Shown in pieces: positions 31,388-53,148 of a stretch of 64,000 nt of DNA. Location of the stretch: NCBI GenBank assembly GCA_051294375.1, contig CM119268.1:17114502-17178501 (forward strand), read 5' to 3'. This DNA is from Paraspadella gotoi. Lineage: Eukaryota; Animalia; Chaetognatha. Below the pieces are notes generated by a model, which ran no database searches, had not been told where the DNA came from, and was given only the letters and a program-made list of their open reading frames with translations. The position numbers were made by a program, and so were the translations under genes. Position 1 is the first letter of the stretch. Each line of letters starts with the position of its first letter.

Positions 31388-34300
31388 CTCTCTCATTCTC
31401 TCTCTCTCTCTCTTTTTTTTTCCCCCTCATGTCTTTTCCGTCCTTTTCTATCCACTCACCTCCCACCTCCTTTGATACATGGTTCCTCCTCCTCCTCCTC
31501 CTTCTCCTCCACATCATCATCATTTCGATGATTCTCATCCCCATTATCTTCATCCACCCCCTCAATTCCCAATCCCCACGTTACCTCCTTTACTTTTTCT
31601 TTATTTTGTACCTCATTCTTTTCTTTCCTTCTTCCTTCTTTTCCCCTCTTTGCTCCCGTTTTCTCCTCTTCTTCCTCCTCCACCTGCTCCTCCAATCTCC
31701 ACTTTCATTGCCGGCCATCCGCCTTGCAATCTAGTCAGATGGTCGCGAGACGTTGTCCCGGCGCCGCTGATGCTTGAGCCGCTTTCGGCTGGGCGCCATC
31801 AGAATTGGCCTGGCTTTTGGCCTGGATTTTGGCCTTCCTCACAGAGGGGCTCGATATGCCGTAGCTTCTGGTATTTTCCTTTTTTTTAAATGAGTCAGTG
31901 AAATCAGATATACGTAAATAAATATATTTACAGTTATTCTCTCTATATTTACATGAATTATATTCATATGTATTTGATAATGTTTTGTTATGTTACGTTA
32001 TATGTATAGGATTTTTTCAATGGAGATTTTCGTTCAAATCTGATTACGAAAAACAATAAAAACGCCTCTGGGAAAAATTCCGGTAAAGATTTGATGTAAA
32101 AACGCTCGATTATGATAGCATTGCATCTGAAGAGCTCGCATTTTTTTTCTCTTGTCAAATAACCAACAATCTAACATTAAATGAGACAAAACAAATAGAC
32201 TGCTTCTCTATGGATAATTTTTCCATCTCTGATTTTATAAAGAAATGAAAAGGATTTTTTCCCTTCAAAACAATATAAACGTGAATGAGGTATGTTCCAT
32301 TTCTACAAATGACGTCAAATTCAGGAATCCTCTGGCTTAGTGTCTGAAGGGCTCTCAAATCTTTTCTTTACATTTTATTTAGTTCTTTTAATATGATATG
32401 ATCAGGATAAAGCGAACTGCTCCATTTGAGAGAAATTTTTATTTATACTAAAAGTAAAAGAGAAACCAGCGATCAGAATTTTAAGTTTTCAACCCAAAGT
32501 CAGATTTCGAAAAAATCTTTAATGGTGAAAACATTCCATGAAAGGGGCGAACTTTCTCAAGTTTTCTTTTAATATTTTCTATATTTATGATTCGATTTAC
32601 ACGAAACTTAAAATTAAGAATATTTTCGTCATTCTACATTGGGCGTTATGAGAATATATCCAAAAAGCATCTCCCTTTCTAAGGGAAAATTCAGTCCTAT
32701 TACATGCCTTATTTCAGTCAAATTAATGAGATCAAACATATTAATAATTTGTTTTACGTTTTTACATCGACGATTAATCACTGGATCATGTTTAAAACTT
32801 TACCTCGTTGCGTTCTTCGTACGTGGCATGGCAGTCGACACGACAGTCGGCAGGAGGGTGGTCGCAAACCACCCTGTCCCTGTCCCACGCACTCGTCGCC
32901 TCGAAAGCCTCTTGTCCTTTGCGTTCGACAAATGAATTTATGACGAAACGACGCGATAAAACTCGATCGCGTACGAGAAGCGACGACGGGGATTTGCAAT
33001 GCGGACTAACGATAACGTACGACCCGTTACTACATAAATCGAGAGACTCACGGAGACTCGCGATGTAACGTAGAATCCATCGCGATATTAAAAAAAAAAT
33101 CGGGGGTTAGTCACGCCCATTCGACGAAAGGACGAGACGAGGGAAACTCTATGTTAGTCTATCATCACTTGCCGCGAAAGTCAGAAAGGGACTTTAAAAC
33201 AGTCGATACCATCTTTGCTAGCTATCTTTAAATCTTTTTATACGTATACAAAACAGTTTTTTTTTTTCTAATAATCATTAAAAACTAATATTAAAATAAA
33301 ACTAATACTAACGTGAGCCGAGAATTTAAGACAAAGGGTCATTCAAAAATCAACTTCAAAATATGTCAAAAAGATCATTTTATATCAGTTTAAATTATTC
33401 GACGACCAGAGATTACATTGTAACGGTTCAATTCAAACGGAAAAAAAATATTTGTTCTTTTGTACCATTTAGATTCCTGAGCAAAGATCGCAGCGCTCTT
33501 TGGTGATGAGAAAACGAATGTCATGCTTTAGACAAAAAATCGTACGCGAAAAAGTTGTAACAAATTCAATAATTTCTCTCCTGTTCTATTATCCTTTCAG
33601 TCATAATTTTCCAACTCAGCTCAATATCAATCGCACACTTTCCTGCAATAATTATTTTCTTAGTTTTACTCAAGAAGAACCTGAGGACCTTCGATAAAAT
33701 CGTTTCAATGGATATATTTAATTTGTTCAGACTAACTATGCTTTAATAAATATGATGCCCTCTAAAATAACTGACTCAATGGATTAGAGCCAAATAACTC
33801 GATCAATAAACCTACCACAGAGAAGAGTCTGTCAACCAACCCCTCAATGAGGTGGAGAAGCACAGAATTTTCGCATGCACAAGTAAAAGAAAGTGGGTTG
33901 TTAATTTTAGAAATTGGACATAAGGTTTAATGAATAAAGCATTTCCACATTAGCATATTTTACTTTTTCACTGACCATAAAATTCTCTGAAAGAAGAAAA
34001 ATGCTTTGACGAATAAATAAATAATAGTTATGAATGTTAAGTACATAGTGTCCCAATGGTACTGGCCGTACAATACTCATTATACTGTGAATTTCAAATC
34101 TGTAAGGACAAACTTGAAGACAAGCATTTACTGTTTATTTTGCTATACAAAACTAAATAGAAAAGTCCATTGAAAAGTCAGACTTTTATGTTATTTGTAT
34201 TTTGTTGTCGCTCTTGCAAAACCTATCTTAGATCGTATTCAGTTGTTTTCAACGTTAGAGAAAAGGAAGTTTTTTTTTATCATTATAACATCAAAACCGC

Positions 34301-36081
34301 AAGGCTGCGCTTGTTTCTAAAAGGTGCTTAACAAATATCAAATAGCGTTATGCTAGATAACTAACAAGAGAGGAGGAGAGGAGGGAGAAAAAATGTTTAG
34401 ACTAGATGGCAAACACTTCCAATATAACTTTTCAATACGACTTTATTATTAAATATTTTATATCTTTAAAATGGTACTGCATAAACTTCTGAATCAAATG
34501 AACGAGATTGAAATATTTTTTATTTATCGATTTTTTCTCAGAATTCAATTCTAAACGGTCATTGCCATTAGGACACACTAAAACTATAAAAAATAATAAA
34601 AAAAAAAATTATATGAAGCGCCGCTTAAAAATCTTAATTTCATTCTTTAAATTTTTTCTGATTTAAAATATTTTTAATACTTCAAAAGTTAAACTTCTGT
34701 TACATAATTTGGCGAATTGCGTCGCGGCAATATAAAAATTACCTCAGAGAATGAAAACCAAGTGAGAAAGAACCAAAAAAAAAAAAAAAAAACATAGCGA
34801 TAAATATAATATAATATAAACAATGCGTATTTATATATAATGATCGACATCGATAGATCAAATAACTAAGCGGCGTGAATCAATATGATTCAATTTCTTT
34901 TTTAATTAAATATTTATGTACAGTTCAGAAAGGGAAAAAAATGAGATTCGCGAATAAAAAAAAAAAAAAAGTCACATGACTAGACTCGGGCATCTCGCGG
35001 CACAAAATCGCTGACCAGAAAGATTAATTGATTAATTAATCGTTGATATCACAGAGGCTCCATTCCTTGTTAATCAGGAGAACTGTTAGAAGTTATCATA
35101 ACTGCAAATAGTTATCATTAAAAAAAATCTAAAAAAATGTAACTAGTATGTAAAGAATGATAATGAAACAAAAAAAAAATTAAATCTGTTGGTCAACCTT
35201 AAATTTCGCATGGGTCGCTTTCGATGCACATATCTATATTTAGTTTAAAAGGTGAAGTCTGTTACTAGGATTATTCTAAAACTATTTTAAGACATAGTTA
35301 ATCGTGTACGCTATTTTAAGAAATAAATCCCCATAATAAAAATAACCAATGGAATTTACGTTTGAGACAATTCAACGTTAAAAATCTTATGTTAAAATTT
35401 TTTTAAAAATTAACATATATATATATGTTTTTTGTTGTTTTTTTTTATGCGTTTAAAATTGGTCAATTTTTTTTTCGGGGCCCCCCTTTCCTTCTTTCCT
35501 ATTATTGAAGCACAATAAAAGAAACAGTTTTGTGACACGGGATTCTTTTCAAGACTATGTTTTTTGAGTAAAGACATACTAGCGATAGAAACAAACACAT
35601 GCCGAAAACAAAAGAAAAAATACGAAACTAAAAAATTATGGCGAAAAAAAAACGCGATGGGTTAGAGACTACTCTTTTCAAAAAAAGTAGTCGCGATTAA
35701 TAATGATATTAATAATAAATAAATTAAAGAGCAATTTACACATACCGCTTATTTAGGGCAATTATTTACACACGGATAAACTTATTCGATGATCACATAC
35801 TATCAATATTTTTAAAAGTTCTATATTAAAGTCGTTAAAAGAGAGAGTGAGGCAAGACCTAGGATGAGGAGAGCGGTAAAGGTAAAAGGTAAGAGAAAGG
35901 GGGAAAGAGGTTGTTACCGTTCTCGCACGAATGAACGCACGAACGAACGCACGAACGAACGCACTAACGCACGAACGAATGAACGAACGAACGAACGAAC
36001 CTCCATTTTTCAACCTAATTAAACATATTTCAAAAACTTAAACACACTCCTCCAACCCCCCTTCTCGACAATTGGAAATCA

Positions 36082-39000
36082 TCAACCGACGTGTTCGTAA
36101 AACAGCACATAACCCTCCGCGCTGCAGACCCCTCCTTTGGAGTGCTTTGACACCCTGCTGTCGTTGTAATAGTACCAGGCGTTGGAGTACGGATGCTTGC
36201 AGTAAGCCGTGTAGTGTCCCGAGTGCGTGCTCCCAGAGTGGTTGGATACCGCGTAGAGGCTGTAGAGCGGCCGGGCGTTCAACGCCTTGGCATCAGCGGC
36301 GAAGTCGGACAAGTCCAGCGAGTGGGGAAAGTCGATGAGCGTTGAGAGCTTGGCGCGGAAGGCGACGCCGGCGAACCGCTTGAGGTGGAGGACGAGGATG
36401 CGCGGGAACCGCTGTACCGAGAAGGACTTGGTGCAACGCCGCCGGGCCTTGCACCGCGCGCACTTGGGTCGTTCGTCGCCGTCCAGCACCTCCTCACGGG
36501 CGAAGAGAGCGACACAAGCGTGGAGCGAGTTGGCATTGTCACTGGAGGATCGGATCGAGGCGCCACTGCCGCCAAAGGCCTTTGGTAGCGGCAGGCTGAG
36601 ATCCCAAAATGGATCGAACGTCACCGATGCGTAGCCGCACGTGGTGCATTTTAGCGTCGACTTGAGCTGGCCAACGAAGATCTCCCCTATGCGACTGTCC
36701 TCGTAGCGGAGGTAGCGCTTCCAGCTGTTGGCCGCCTTCTCTCCGTCGCTCAGCCGATCCTCGGCCTCGTCGTCGACGACCACCGGCTTCGGCTTTGACG
36801 TGATACGGTTCACGTCCTCGGCGAGACCCTGGAGGAGATAGCGGAGGAACTCCTGCGCGTCCTGCTGCGCGTAGCCCGTGAAGCGCGGCGCAAACTTAGC
36901 CACCGCAGACTTGAAGGAGGAGGGCGAAACGAAGCCCTCCGAGGACGACGACGAAGGCTTCCACAGGTCCTGCAGGAGCCGAGCGAAGGCCGTCATCAAC
37001 TGACCCTTCATGGACGAGGTCGTCTTGTTGATCTCGTTGATGTAGTTGTCGTTGAGGGCGAACTCCAGCAAGGGCCGCGTGTTGGAGAGGCACTGGATCA
37101 CCGAGTTCATGAAGCAGGTGTTGCCCAGGTTGCGGAGACCCTTGAGACCGCAGTTCTCCAGATGGTGGTGGTTGCCGTTCTTGGTCGGGATCGCCGACGA
37201 AGACGGCGACGGGGCCGCGGACAATGACGTCGACGAAGACGCCGGAACCGCGGCGAGGCGACCGGCGCTTCTCTCCCGCAACGGACTCCCTCGTCCCGTC
37301 TCCCGCTTGGAAGTTGAAGAAGCAGGACCGCCTTCTGACGGAGGGGAGGAGGAGGAGGAGGTGGAGGAGGAAGTGGAAGAGGGAGATGATGAGGATAAGG
37401 CGCCGTAACCCTCGGCGGAAGAGGAGATGCAGGAGGAAGCGGCGTGGTTGGCACCTTTGGAGGATGAGTTGGAGTTTGAGGCGTTGAGAGACGACGCGGC
37501 CGCCGCGGAGCCCCCCACGACTCGGCGCGTTGTCGACAATCCGCCCACGACGCCGCCTCCGACGCCGCCGCCGTTATTGGACGAATCCGAGAGTTGGAGC
37601 CGGTCGAAGTTGGCGCTCAAGTCGGTGACGCTCCTGGTCCGCGTCAACGACGACGAGGATGACGACGAAAAGGACGAAGACGTCGGCGCCATTGACGAGG
37701 AAGACGACGCTCCCGTTTCGACGCCTCGCGAGGGGCTGAATTGTCCCGCAGATCTGGGAAAAGACAGGGAAGAAATTTAATGATCTGTCTTTCTGCCTGT
37801 CGCTCAGTCGGTAAATATTTTATTAAATAAACGCGAATGGCAGTTAATAATGGTTCGCGAAAAACGAATGTAAATTTATAAAAAAAAATAACGTTTAAAG
37901 CATAAAAAAGGATAACTTAAAGCAAAAAAAGTTCAGCCATTGACAAATTAAGAAATGGCATGACTACCGACTTTAGTTCGAGCGAAGACGGGATATTGTT
38001 TTTAAAATTTAACCTTTTAGCTTGCCAATTAACTACTATAAAAAAATAAGAGCGATATTTAACCTCGTACCTTCCAGCCCCGTGTGATAGCCCGTTGACC
38101 GACGATCCGCCGACGAGGACCGACGATCCTAAAGCCGACGTCGTCGTCGTCGTCGTCGTCGTTGTCGGTTTCGAGATGCTATGATCCCCACGAAGGATGG
38201 AAGTCACTTTCGACGAGGGAGATCCTAAAAAAAATATTTATATATTTGTCTAAGAATTAATTTGATTTTGAAGTAGTTAAGATGTGTAACGAATATAAGT
38301 TTCGCTTTATGTCCGTGGCTCAAGAATCATTTCGTTCTTTCTCTGCTCCGGCAAAATTTCGCGACCTCATTTGAAAAAAAAAAAGTGAAAGAAAAGAAAA
38401 AAAAAATATCCAGGGGATATTTTGTCGAAAATCCAAAGGACCACTTTTTTATATTCTTTCGTTCGGTCATAATTCCCTCTTATTAAATCGTAATGATCCT
38501 CACGTTAATTTTAAAATATATTGTGACGTTTCTAAAAAATTTAACCAAAACAATTTCTTGTGCCTGAATTATATTTATAGACGATTGCCTAACTAAACAA
38601 ATTCTGTCCAGCAGCGAGTCGAGATTTAGTGCACTTTCTTTTCACCTCGGCCGTTCGCCAGTTAAAACGTAGTTTATGGTAATTAAACAGAAATCGAATA
38701 AATTGATAAATGCCAACTTGTAACCTTTTTCAACGATAACAAATTTTGGACTACGCAATGTACGGGATAGCGATTCTTCTCGGTGCAATCGTAATATAAG
38801 CGATTAGTATCAGAGTACTTTGGTGCTTTTTATGTATATTTCTGTATATTTACAGATTTCAATGTTACTTTTTGGTGCATAGAGTGTTGGAGCCCAACTA
38901 CACCTCCCAAAGAGAGGGGCGGTGTTTGTTACACTTATTGAAAACAAACGTACCTCTGTTTCTTTTGAGGTCTTGCATCATCAAGGCTATAAATTTTTGA

Positions 39001-39083
39001 AAAAAAAAAAGGAATTCGGAATTTTTTTTTTTGAATCACGAGAAGGAAAAAAATATTTTTTAACGGAAAGTCAATCCTTCTCT

Positions 39084-39178
<95 letters not shown>

Positions 39179-39823
39179 CATCGAACCCTCTCCTCTCTTT
39201 GTCTCAATCTCACCGTGGCCCTCGCTGGAACCGGTCGTCGATCTACGAACGCGCGCCGTCGTGACGCCGTCCATTTTGGACGCGTGTCCGTCGAAAGGTC
39301 CGACCGGAAGTGGGCGTGTCGATGAAGACGTGCCTAAATGGGAAAAGAGGTGAGGGAGGAAGGAAGAATCCGTAAATTAAACGCCTATTTTTTTTTCAAA
39401 ACTCAATCCGTAAGTCTAAGAATCGCGCGTTCAGTTCCTATTCAAAATTCCTAACCGACTCTACTTTTTCCCTTCATCCCCGCGAGGTCCTCCAGCATCG
39501 CTATTCTTCTCGGACTCTTGTTGCTGTTGTTGTTCCCGTTGAAGCCGCCAACTCGGCCGCCGTCAACGTCTTTCTGCTTCGGCCTTGGACTCGCCGATCT
39601 GACTGACTTGGTTCTATCTTTCTCCGCCTTCATTCTGTCCCTGTCTGTCCTGGCTCTGTCCATCGCCGTCAAAAACGAATCGCCTGTCTTTTTCTTGTCC
39701 CTCGCCAGTTCGGAGCGAAGGCTCGAGGCGCGCGACATTGAAGACGCGCGAACGGAGATTTGGGGCTTCTCTGGGTTAGGAGTGGGGGATTTAAAGTAAT
39801 AAAAGAAAGAAAGAAAGAAAGAT

Positions 39824-39902
<79 letters not shown>

Positions 39903-40546
39903 AACTAAGAAACTGAACAAAGACAAATTTAGAAACAAAGACAAATAAAAAGACAGAAAACATAGAGAAAATAAAAGAACGACAGAAAGCAAGACGGAGA
40001 GACAAACCTGCGCTCGGCGGAACAGACGGCAGGAATCGCGCCGGTCTCGTGGCGCCGGTCGAAGGCACGTGACTCGTTCGCGTCGGCGATCCGTAGTTCC
40101 GCGCCGACGACGACGAAGACGCCGCCGGGTGGAACGACCCGTACCTACGAGTTTAAGTGGAGAAGAAATTAAAGGTGAGAGTCAATGGGAAGACATTTTA
40201 TATTTCATTTTCGGTGAAATGAACGGAGCTCGAAGAAATGTAAAGAAATCCCAAGAAATCGTGCAAGGGACAGAATTCGACCACATTTATATTATTTTAT
40301 TATTTTAATGGTTGTACCATCCCCAGTCCCAATGCTCATTGCTCAACCCTCTCCGTCCAAAATGGCGGAACGGTCTTTTCGTCAGGGTTGATTCATTCGT
40401 TCTCATATCGCCAGGATCAAACGTCCTCGCGCGCTCATTCTCCACCGACTCTTGCGTGAGACGGATGAGGGGCAAAGTCGTTTGATTAAATGACACCGTG
40501 TCGCTCACTCTCTCTTTCTCTCTCTTTGATTAAATGACACCGAGTC

Positions 40547-40588
<42 letters not shown>

Positions 40589-41228
40589 TCTCTCTCATCT
40601 ATCTTTCTCTCTCTCTCTCTTTATCTTTCCTCAACAGCTTTCTCCACCCATAATTCACCCGATGTTACGATGCAGATGGCAAGGGGACGAGGGACGAAAA
40701 CTCGATTCTGTTCGCGTGACATTGAAAGGGTTTACCCAAATCTCACATCGCTCGGTTAATTGGGTCATGACCTTGGCGATTGTCAGGGATTCTTAACCTC
40801 TTGCGAATTACGAGGTCTCATGATTCAGCACCCCGACGATTCAACATTGCATGATTCTTGACGGGTTAGCAAATCTCGATCAATATGATTGGCCAATCCT
40901 TGACTTCACAGCAAATTGTTTCAGTTTCTTTCTCAACAATCGATTGCAAGTTAGAATCATCATTGACTGAATTGATTGTCATAATTACATAACAAATTTT
41001 TAAAAAATGTAAAAAAAAACAAAAAAAAAAACAAAGAAGGCACCTGATCTTTAGTAAGCTTAGTAAGCTGATGCTTACAGCCATTTCTTCCTTTTTAACA
41101 TCCTTCAAACAACACCCTTTCCAAACCTCACCAGACCCCCACCCCGACCCACCCCTTTTAACCCACCTGCTGGCCGTCGTCTTAAAGTGGGTCGAAGACT
41201 CGTACATCTTTGGAACTTGATTCCTCAT
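36082..41228 (-). CDS. USP2: Ubiquitin carboxyl-terminal hydrolase, USP2/USP21-like (peptidase C19), ~819 aa
   Basis: Exons 41228-41167, 40144-40008, 39770-39456, 39333-39214, 38224-38071, 37753-36082 (2460 nt, phase-consistent). Motifs: Cys box GLRNLGNTCFMNSVIQCL, QQDAQEFL, zinc CxxC pairs (CTTC, CARC), LVLHLKRF, His box SNHSGSTHSGHYTAYC, YNDSRV. Long low-complexity N-terminus; in-frame TGA upstream of the ATG at 41228. Confidence 0.9.
39801..39904. repeat. (GAAA)n microsatellite in a USP intron
   Basis: Seen directly; a similar (TTTC)n run lies at ~46400-46495 in GGCX intron 2. Confidence 0.9.
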
Positions 41229-43200
41229 CGAGAGAAGAAGATTTTCTCGATCGCTTCGTCACCGACGAAGACTCATTCGTCAGTTGCGGCGACCGCCGCT
41301 GCTGTTTCGAATGTTGTTGTTGTAGGGAGGCGGCAGTTGCTATTAGCAACTGATCCTTTTTTTATTATTCGACGATGATGGGAGTGAACGAGGATCGAGA
41401 TGATTTCGTCTGCTCTTTCGAAGCTTTTTTTCACTTTTTCTTTTTTTTTTCTTTCTTTTTTTATCTCTCTGTTTTATTTCAGGTTTAAAAGTCGTCTCCC
41501 TTTCGTGCTCTCTTTTTTGTTTTATCCTTCAGCGCGATATTTTTCCCCCTTTTTTTTTCTCAATAGAAAAATAGGCCGAGAAAAGACTAGCTCGAATCAA
41601 AAAAGGCACCATGGAAAAAAGCTACTGGAGTTTCGCAGTTTCGCGAAGCGGTTGACTTTTTAAACATTTTTAGACGATTAAAAAACTGGCAAAGATTCTT
41701 TGGTCGAGTAGGGGGAAGAGAAGTATTGACGTGGGCCAATCGGTGGGCGGGGCAAAGTGGTACAATTCAAAATAGCCTGCACGGGGCGAGACGATCGAGA
41801 GAACGAGAGGAAGATGACGGCTTGTTTCACATTCTCTCTTCTTTTTTATATTTACGACGAATAAGCGAAAAAAAAAAAAAAACAAAAAGAAATTAAAAAC
41901 GGATATTTTCTTTTCTGACGATAATTTTTTTTTTTCTTTTTGCGCCCCCCTTGATTTCCTGCCCGATGTAGTCCGATTTACGGTTTAAATGAATTTTTCT
42001 TTTCTCTCTAAATTCGAGTCTAATCAAAAAAGTTTCTTTGGTTCGATTCTAAGGAGGCTTTTCTTTGGCGTCGGCGTCGCGAACGAAATCAGCAGAAACG
42101 ACGACGACGACGACGGGGAATCACGTTGTTCTTTTTTACTGGCATCGTGTTTTCGTTGCTTCCTATTCGCAGAGTTCGTTGCTGTCACGGAAAGGCTGAG
42201 TAAGGTGATCGAAGCGCCGAAGGTTTCGTGAGACGCGACTCGCCTCCACTTTCACATTTTCTTCGGTGATCGGAACGCGGAGAAGACAAAAAAAAAGTGT
42301 GTGAACCTGAAACGCGGTATGGGCGAAAAATATTAGGGGGTAGAAAAAGACCGACCAATTAGCAACGTCGTAATAAATGTAAATCGAAATGACTTTGGAT
42401 TTTTACTTTAGCTTTTAAAACGGTCGTGACTGCGTTCACTGAGTAGTTGAATGGAAAGTGTACGAAAAAAAAATATATATATTTGTTTCATTATTTCTCA
42501 GTTATTTGTTCTTCTCTTTAGTTGTTGTTGTTGTTGTTGTTGTTGTGGCTGCCGCTGTTTTTTCGTTCGTCAGCGATTCATTCGAAGGGAATATAAAGAT
42601 ATTTGACAAAAGCTTTCAGCCGAATATAAGTTCGCAACGAGATGAAATGAATCGGTTGCGCGGTTCTCTCTTTAAAAATTTATAGAATTTCAAAGAAAAG
42701 GAAAAAAGATCCGTTGAAAAGAGGATTTCCTGTCTCAGTGCCAAAAAGAAAAGTAATAAACTTTGATAAAAAACACTTTCTCGAAGAATTTCGCGCAAGA
42801 CAATTCGAAAGGAAAGTAAATAAACATGGAAACAAGAAAAAAAGAAAAAAGAAAAATAAAGAAAATAAAAGAATATTTCTAGTTGATGCTAAATTATTTA
42901 AATCAAATTCGCCTTCTTTTTTTCGAAAAGGCCTCGCGAGGACGGGAAGCGGAAAAGGCGCGTTTTTATTAAACATGAAATTCACTCGTTTTCACAAAAT
43001 TCACACGTAGATAAGATATATGAAAGCCTATTTGTGTATTTAAAGAGATAACGATTGATAATTTTAAGTACAATTTAAAACTTCGCCGAGAGCTGGCAAA
43101 AGATTGATTATAATATCGAGTCGGCGTTGAAAAACGATTAAAAAAGAAAAAGAAAAAAATCAGCTTCGTAGGATCGTGAAGTCTTACCGAAGAGTGAAAT

Positions 43201-43306
<106 letters not shown>

Positions 43307-44099
43307 AGATCCTTCCGGAATTCAGTCCGAACGTCAGTTTGTGATTTCGCCCATCGATTCTTTTCACCATCGCGCGCGGGGATCACAACAGGTAAGACTC
43401 ACTCAGTCAGGTGGTTGTGAGATTTCATGCTCGGGTGCAGTCGGCGGGGGCGGAGAGAACGAATCTCGCTCTGAGACTTGGAATTTGATCACAAATTCGA
43501 ATCTCTGCTCTCCTTCATTATTTCTGACCCACACGAACGCACACGCGACGAATTCCCGCACAAATCAGCAATGAAGCAGATCCACCTCGACCGCGTCATG
43601 ATCATTATAATTCATTATTATTCATCATAACGTTAGAAATTATTAATAACTCAACGGACACGGTAACGGGATGGCTTCTCTCTTTTGGACCATCCGGCAC
43701 GCCCATAACGACACTGCCTTCTCGCCGCCGTCGCCGGCGACTAAACAAAGTAGTTCCCGCGCGGAGGGACGCTTCATGAGCAAAGAGGCATAGGCGAGGT
43801 CGATTGGACGAGCGAGGAAATTATGAGCGACGGAGAACGAAAAAAGAGGACGAAAAAGGGCGAATGACGGCGAACAGCGATAATGACCGCCAGGGTTAGG
43901 TTCGCCGTGACGCAAGTCTACAGAACGAGGGAGAGAGTGACATAGAGGAAGACAGAGGGAGACGATGTTCTTGGATGTTGCAAAGAATGCTTGCTCTCTC
44001 TCAATCCCTCTCTCTCCCTCTCTCTCTCGCTTCGCCTAGTACATTCAACCCGCGAACCAACAGGAGAGCGACTCGTGTCTCGCAAGCTCTCATTGGCCG

Positions 44100-44140
44100 A
44101 GTTTTATACGGAGAGTCGAATCGAAACTCCGTATAAAACT
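44100..44140. other. Perfect 14-bp inverted repeat (hairpin/cruciform) between the divergent USP2-like and GGCX genes
   Basis: agttttatacggag (44100-44113) pairs with ctccgtataaaact (44127-44140); 13-nt loop. Confidence 0.7.
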
Positions 44141-45710
44141 GAACTGAAGGAAAAGACAAAGTTCTCATGCAAAGCATCGTGTTTCGTCGGACGAATCGAG
44201 GAATGAAAAATCATGAATGTAGTTGAATACGACCTAAATTATTCTGTGCGTTCCGTGTCTTTGAAATAAAGGAGAGAGAGGGAGGGAGAGCGGGAGAGAG
44301 AGAAAATATGATTGATGACATGAAAGTCTGGGTTGCTAGGTGAATCGTTTTGGTCAACTTTTGAATTAGACTTTTGAGGAATACGAGTAAAAAATTAATT
44401 ATCAGGTTCTGAGGTTGTTGCTATAAGTACAGATTGATTAATTTAAACTTTTTGCCTTTTACATCCAAACCAATGTCAGTAATTTATTAGATGACCTATA
44501 AATATAAAAAGAACAACGCATACGAAATATTCGGAGCAGTCTAGCGCGTCCTCTGGAGTTGTCTCGTTTAACTGAAAAGATCTTTAAAATAGAAAAAAAG
44601 ACTAATGGCATGAAATTGAAAAACGGCTAAAATCCTTTAGTGATAGAATCATAGATACTGGCGAAAACTATTGATATAGAATATAAAATATATAGAATAC
44701 GGTACAAGGCCGTCTCACCACATATAACTAAGACGTCGTTCGCACTGTGATGGTCAATAGAAGCAACAATACAACAAAGAAGCTTCACAATGCCAATGGC
44801 GAGGACTGGATACTAAACTGAACATTGAACAATGAACACGTCCAACAGGCTTGGCTGATCTCCAAACTTTCCGCTTAAACTTTATAAATTTTTTTTTGTT
44901 TGTTTCTGTTTAGTGCTAAATCAAGTTTAGAGAAAATGTTGATAATTAGGGCTCAAGCTTTGATTCGCTCGAATGATTTGCTTTTGCCGGGTTATCAAGA
45001 GAGACGAACTGATCGTTGACATTTTTTTTTACGAATTTACTTTATATACACATTCGGTCGTTCATTGAGTTGGTTAGTCTCCAGAAGTTAAAAACTAACA
45101 CCGTAAAATAAAAACGAGTTTCTGTCGTTGGCCTCGAACCTGAAGACTGGTTTTTGGTTCCCGGCTCGGAGCGACCTTGGAAGCCTCTAAAGCAAACGTT
45201 GCGAAAAGCCAAAGGAAATACGAATCCGTACGTAGCTAATAAAAAGTTTAAAAGCGAAGAAACAAAATAAACAAAAGGTGAACGCGACTTCTCACGATCC
45301 GAACGTTGGCTAATTTTTTCAACAATAACTTCTTTTTCTGGGCAACGAGAAAAAGACTTTTTGGGAAATAATTAGTCTTTTTTTCCTTATTAGCGTAAAG
45401 ATTTAAATATACACGTAGACACTCTCATATAATATTCACAAATGCGTCATGAATTTATCTGTCTTAGTAATTTAAAACAGAGAGACAACCATATGATTAA
45501 AAGCGCGACTTCGTGACTCATAATTTTTTAACGTTATCAATTATTTTTTTGCTCTTCCTTGAAAGTTTACAAATGCATCAAAACAGGTCTGGATCCTCCC
45601 TCGTTTCCACCGACTCTTTCCAATTGAGAATCTTTTTCGTTTCGATTTAAAAATCCACGTCAGCCGCAACTTGTATCGAATTTTGAGTTTTTGTTCAAGT
45701 TTAAACCAAA

Positions 45711-53148
<7,438 letters not shown>

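Noticed and set aside
39771-40007. Stop-free in-frame USP intron that would encode a hydrophobic FLSF repeat
   Set aside because: (TTTC)n runs lack stop codons by composition, and good splice sites flank it.
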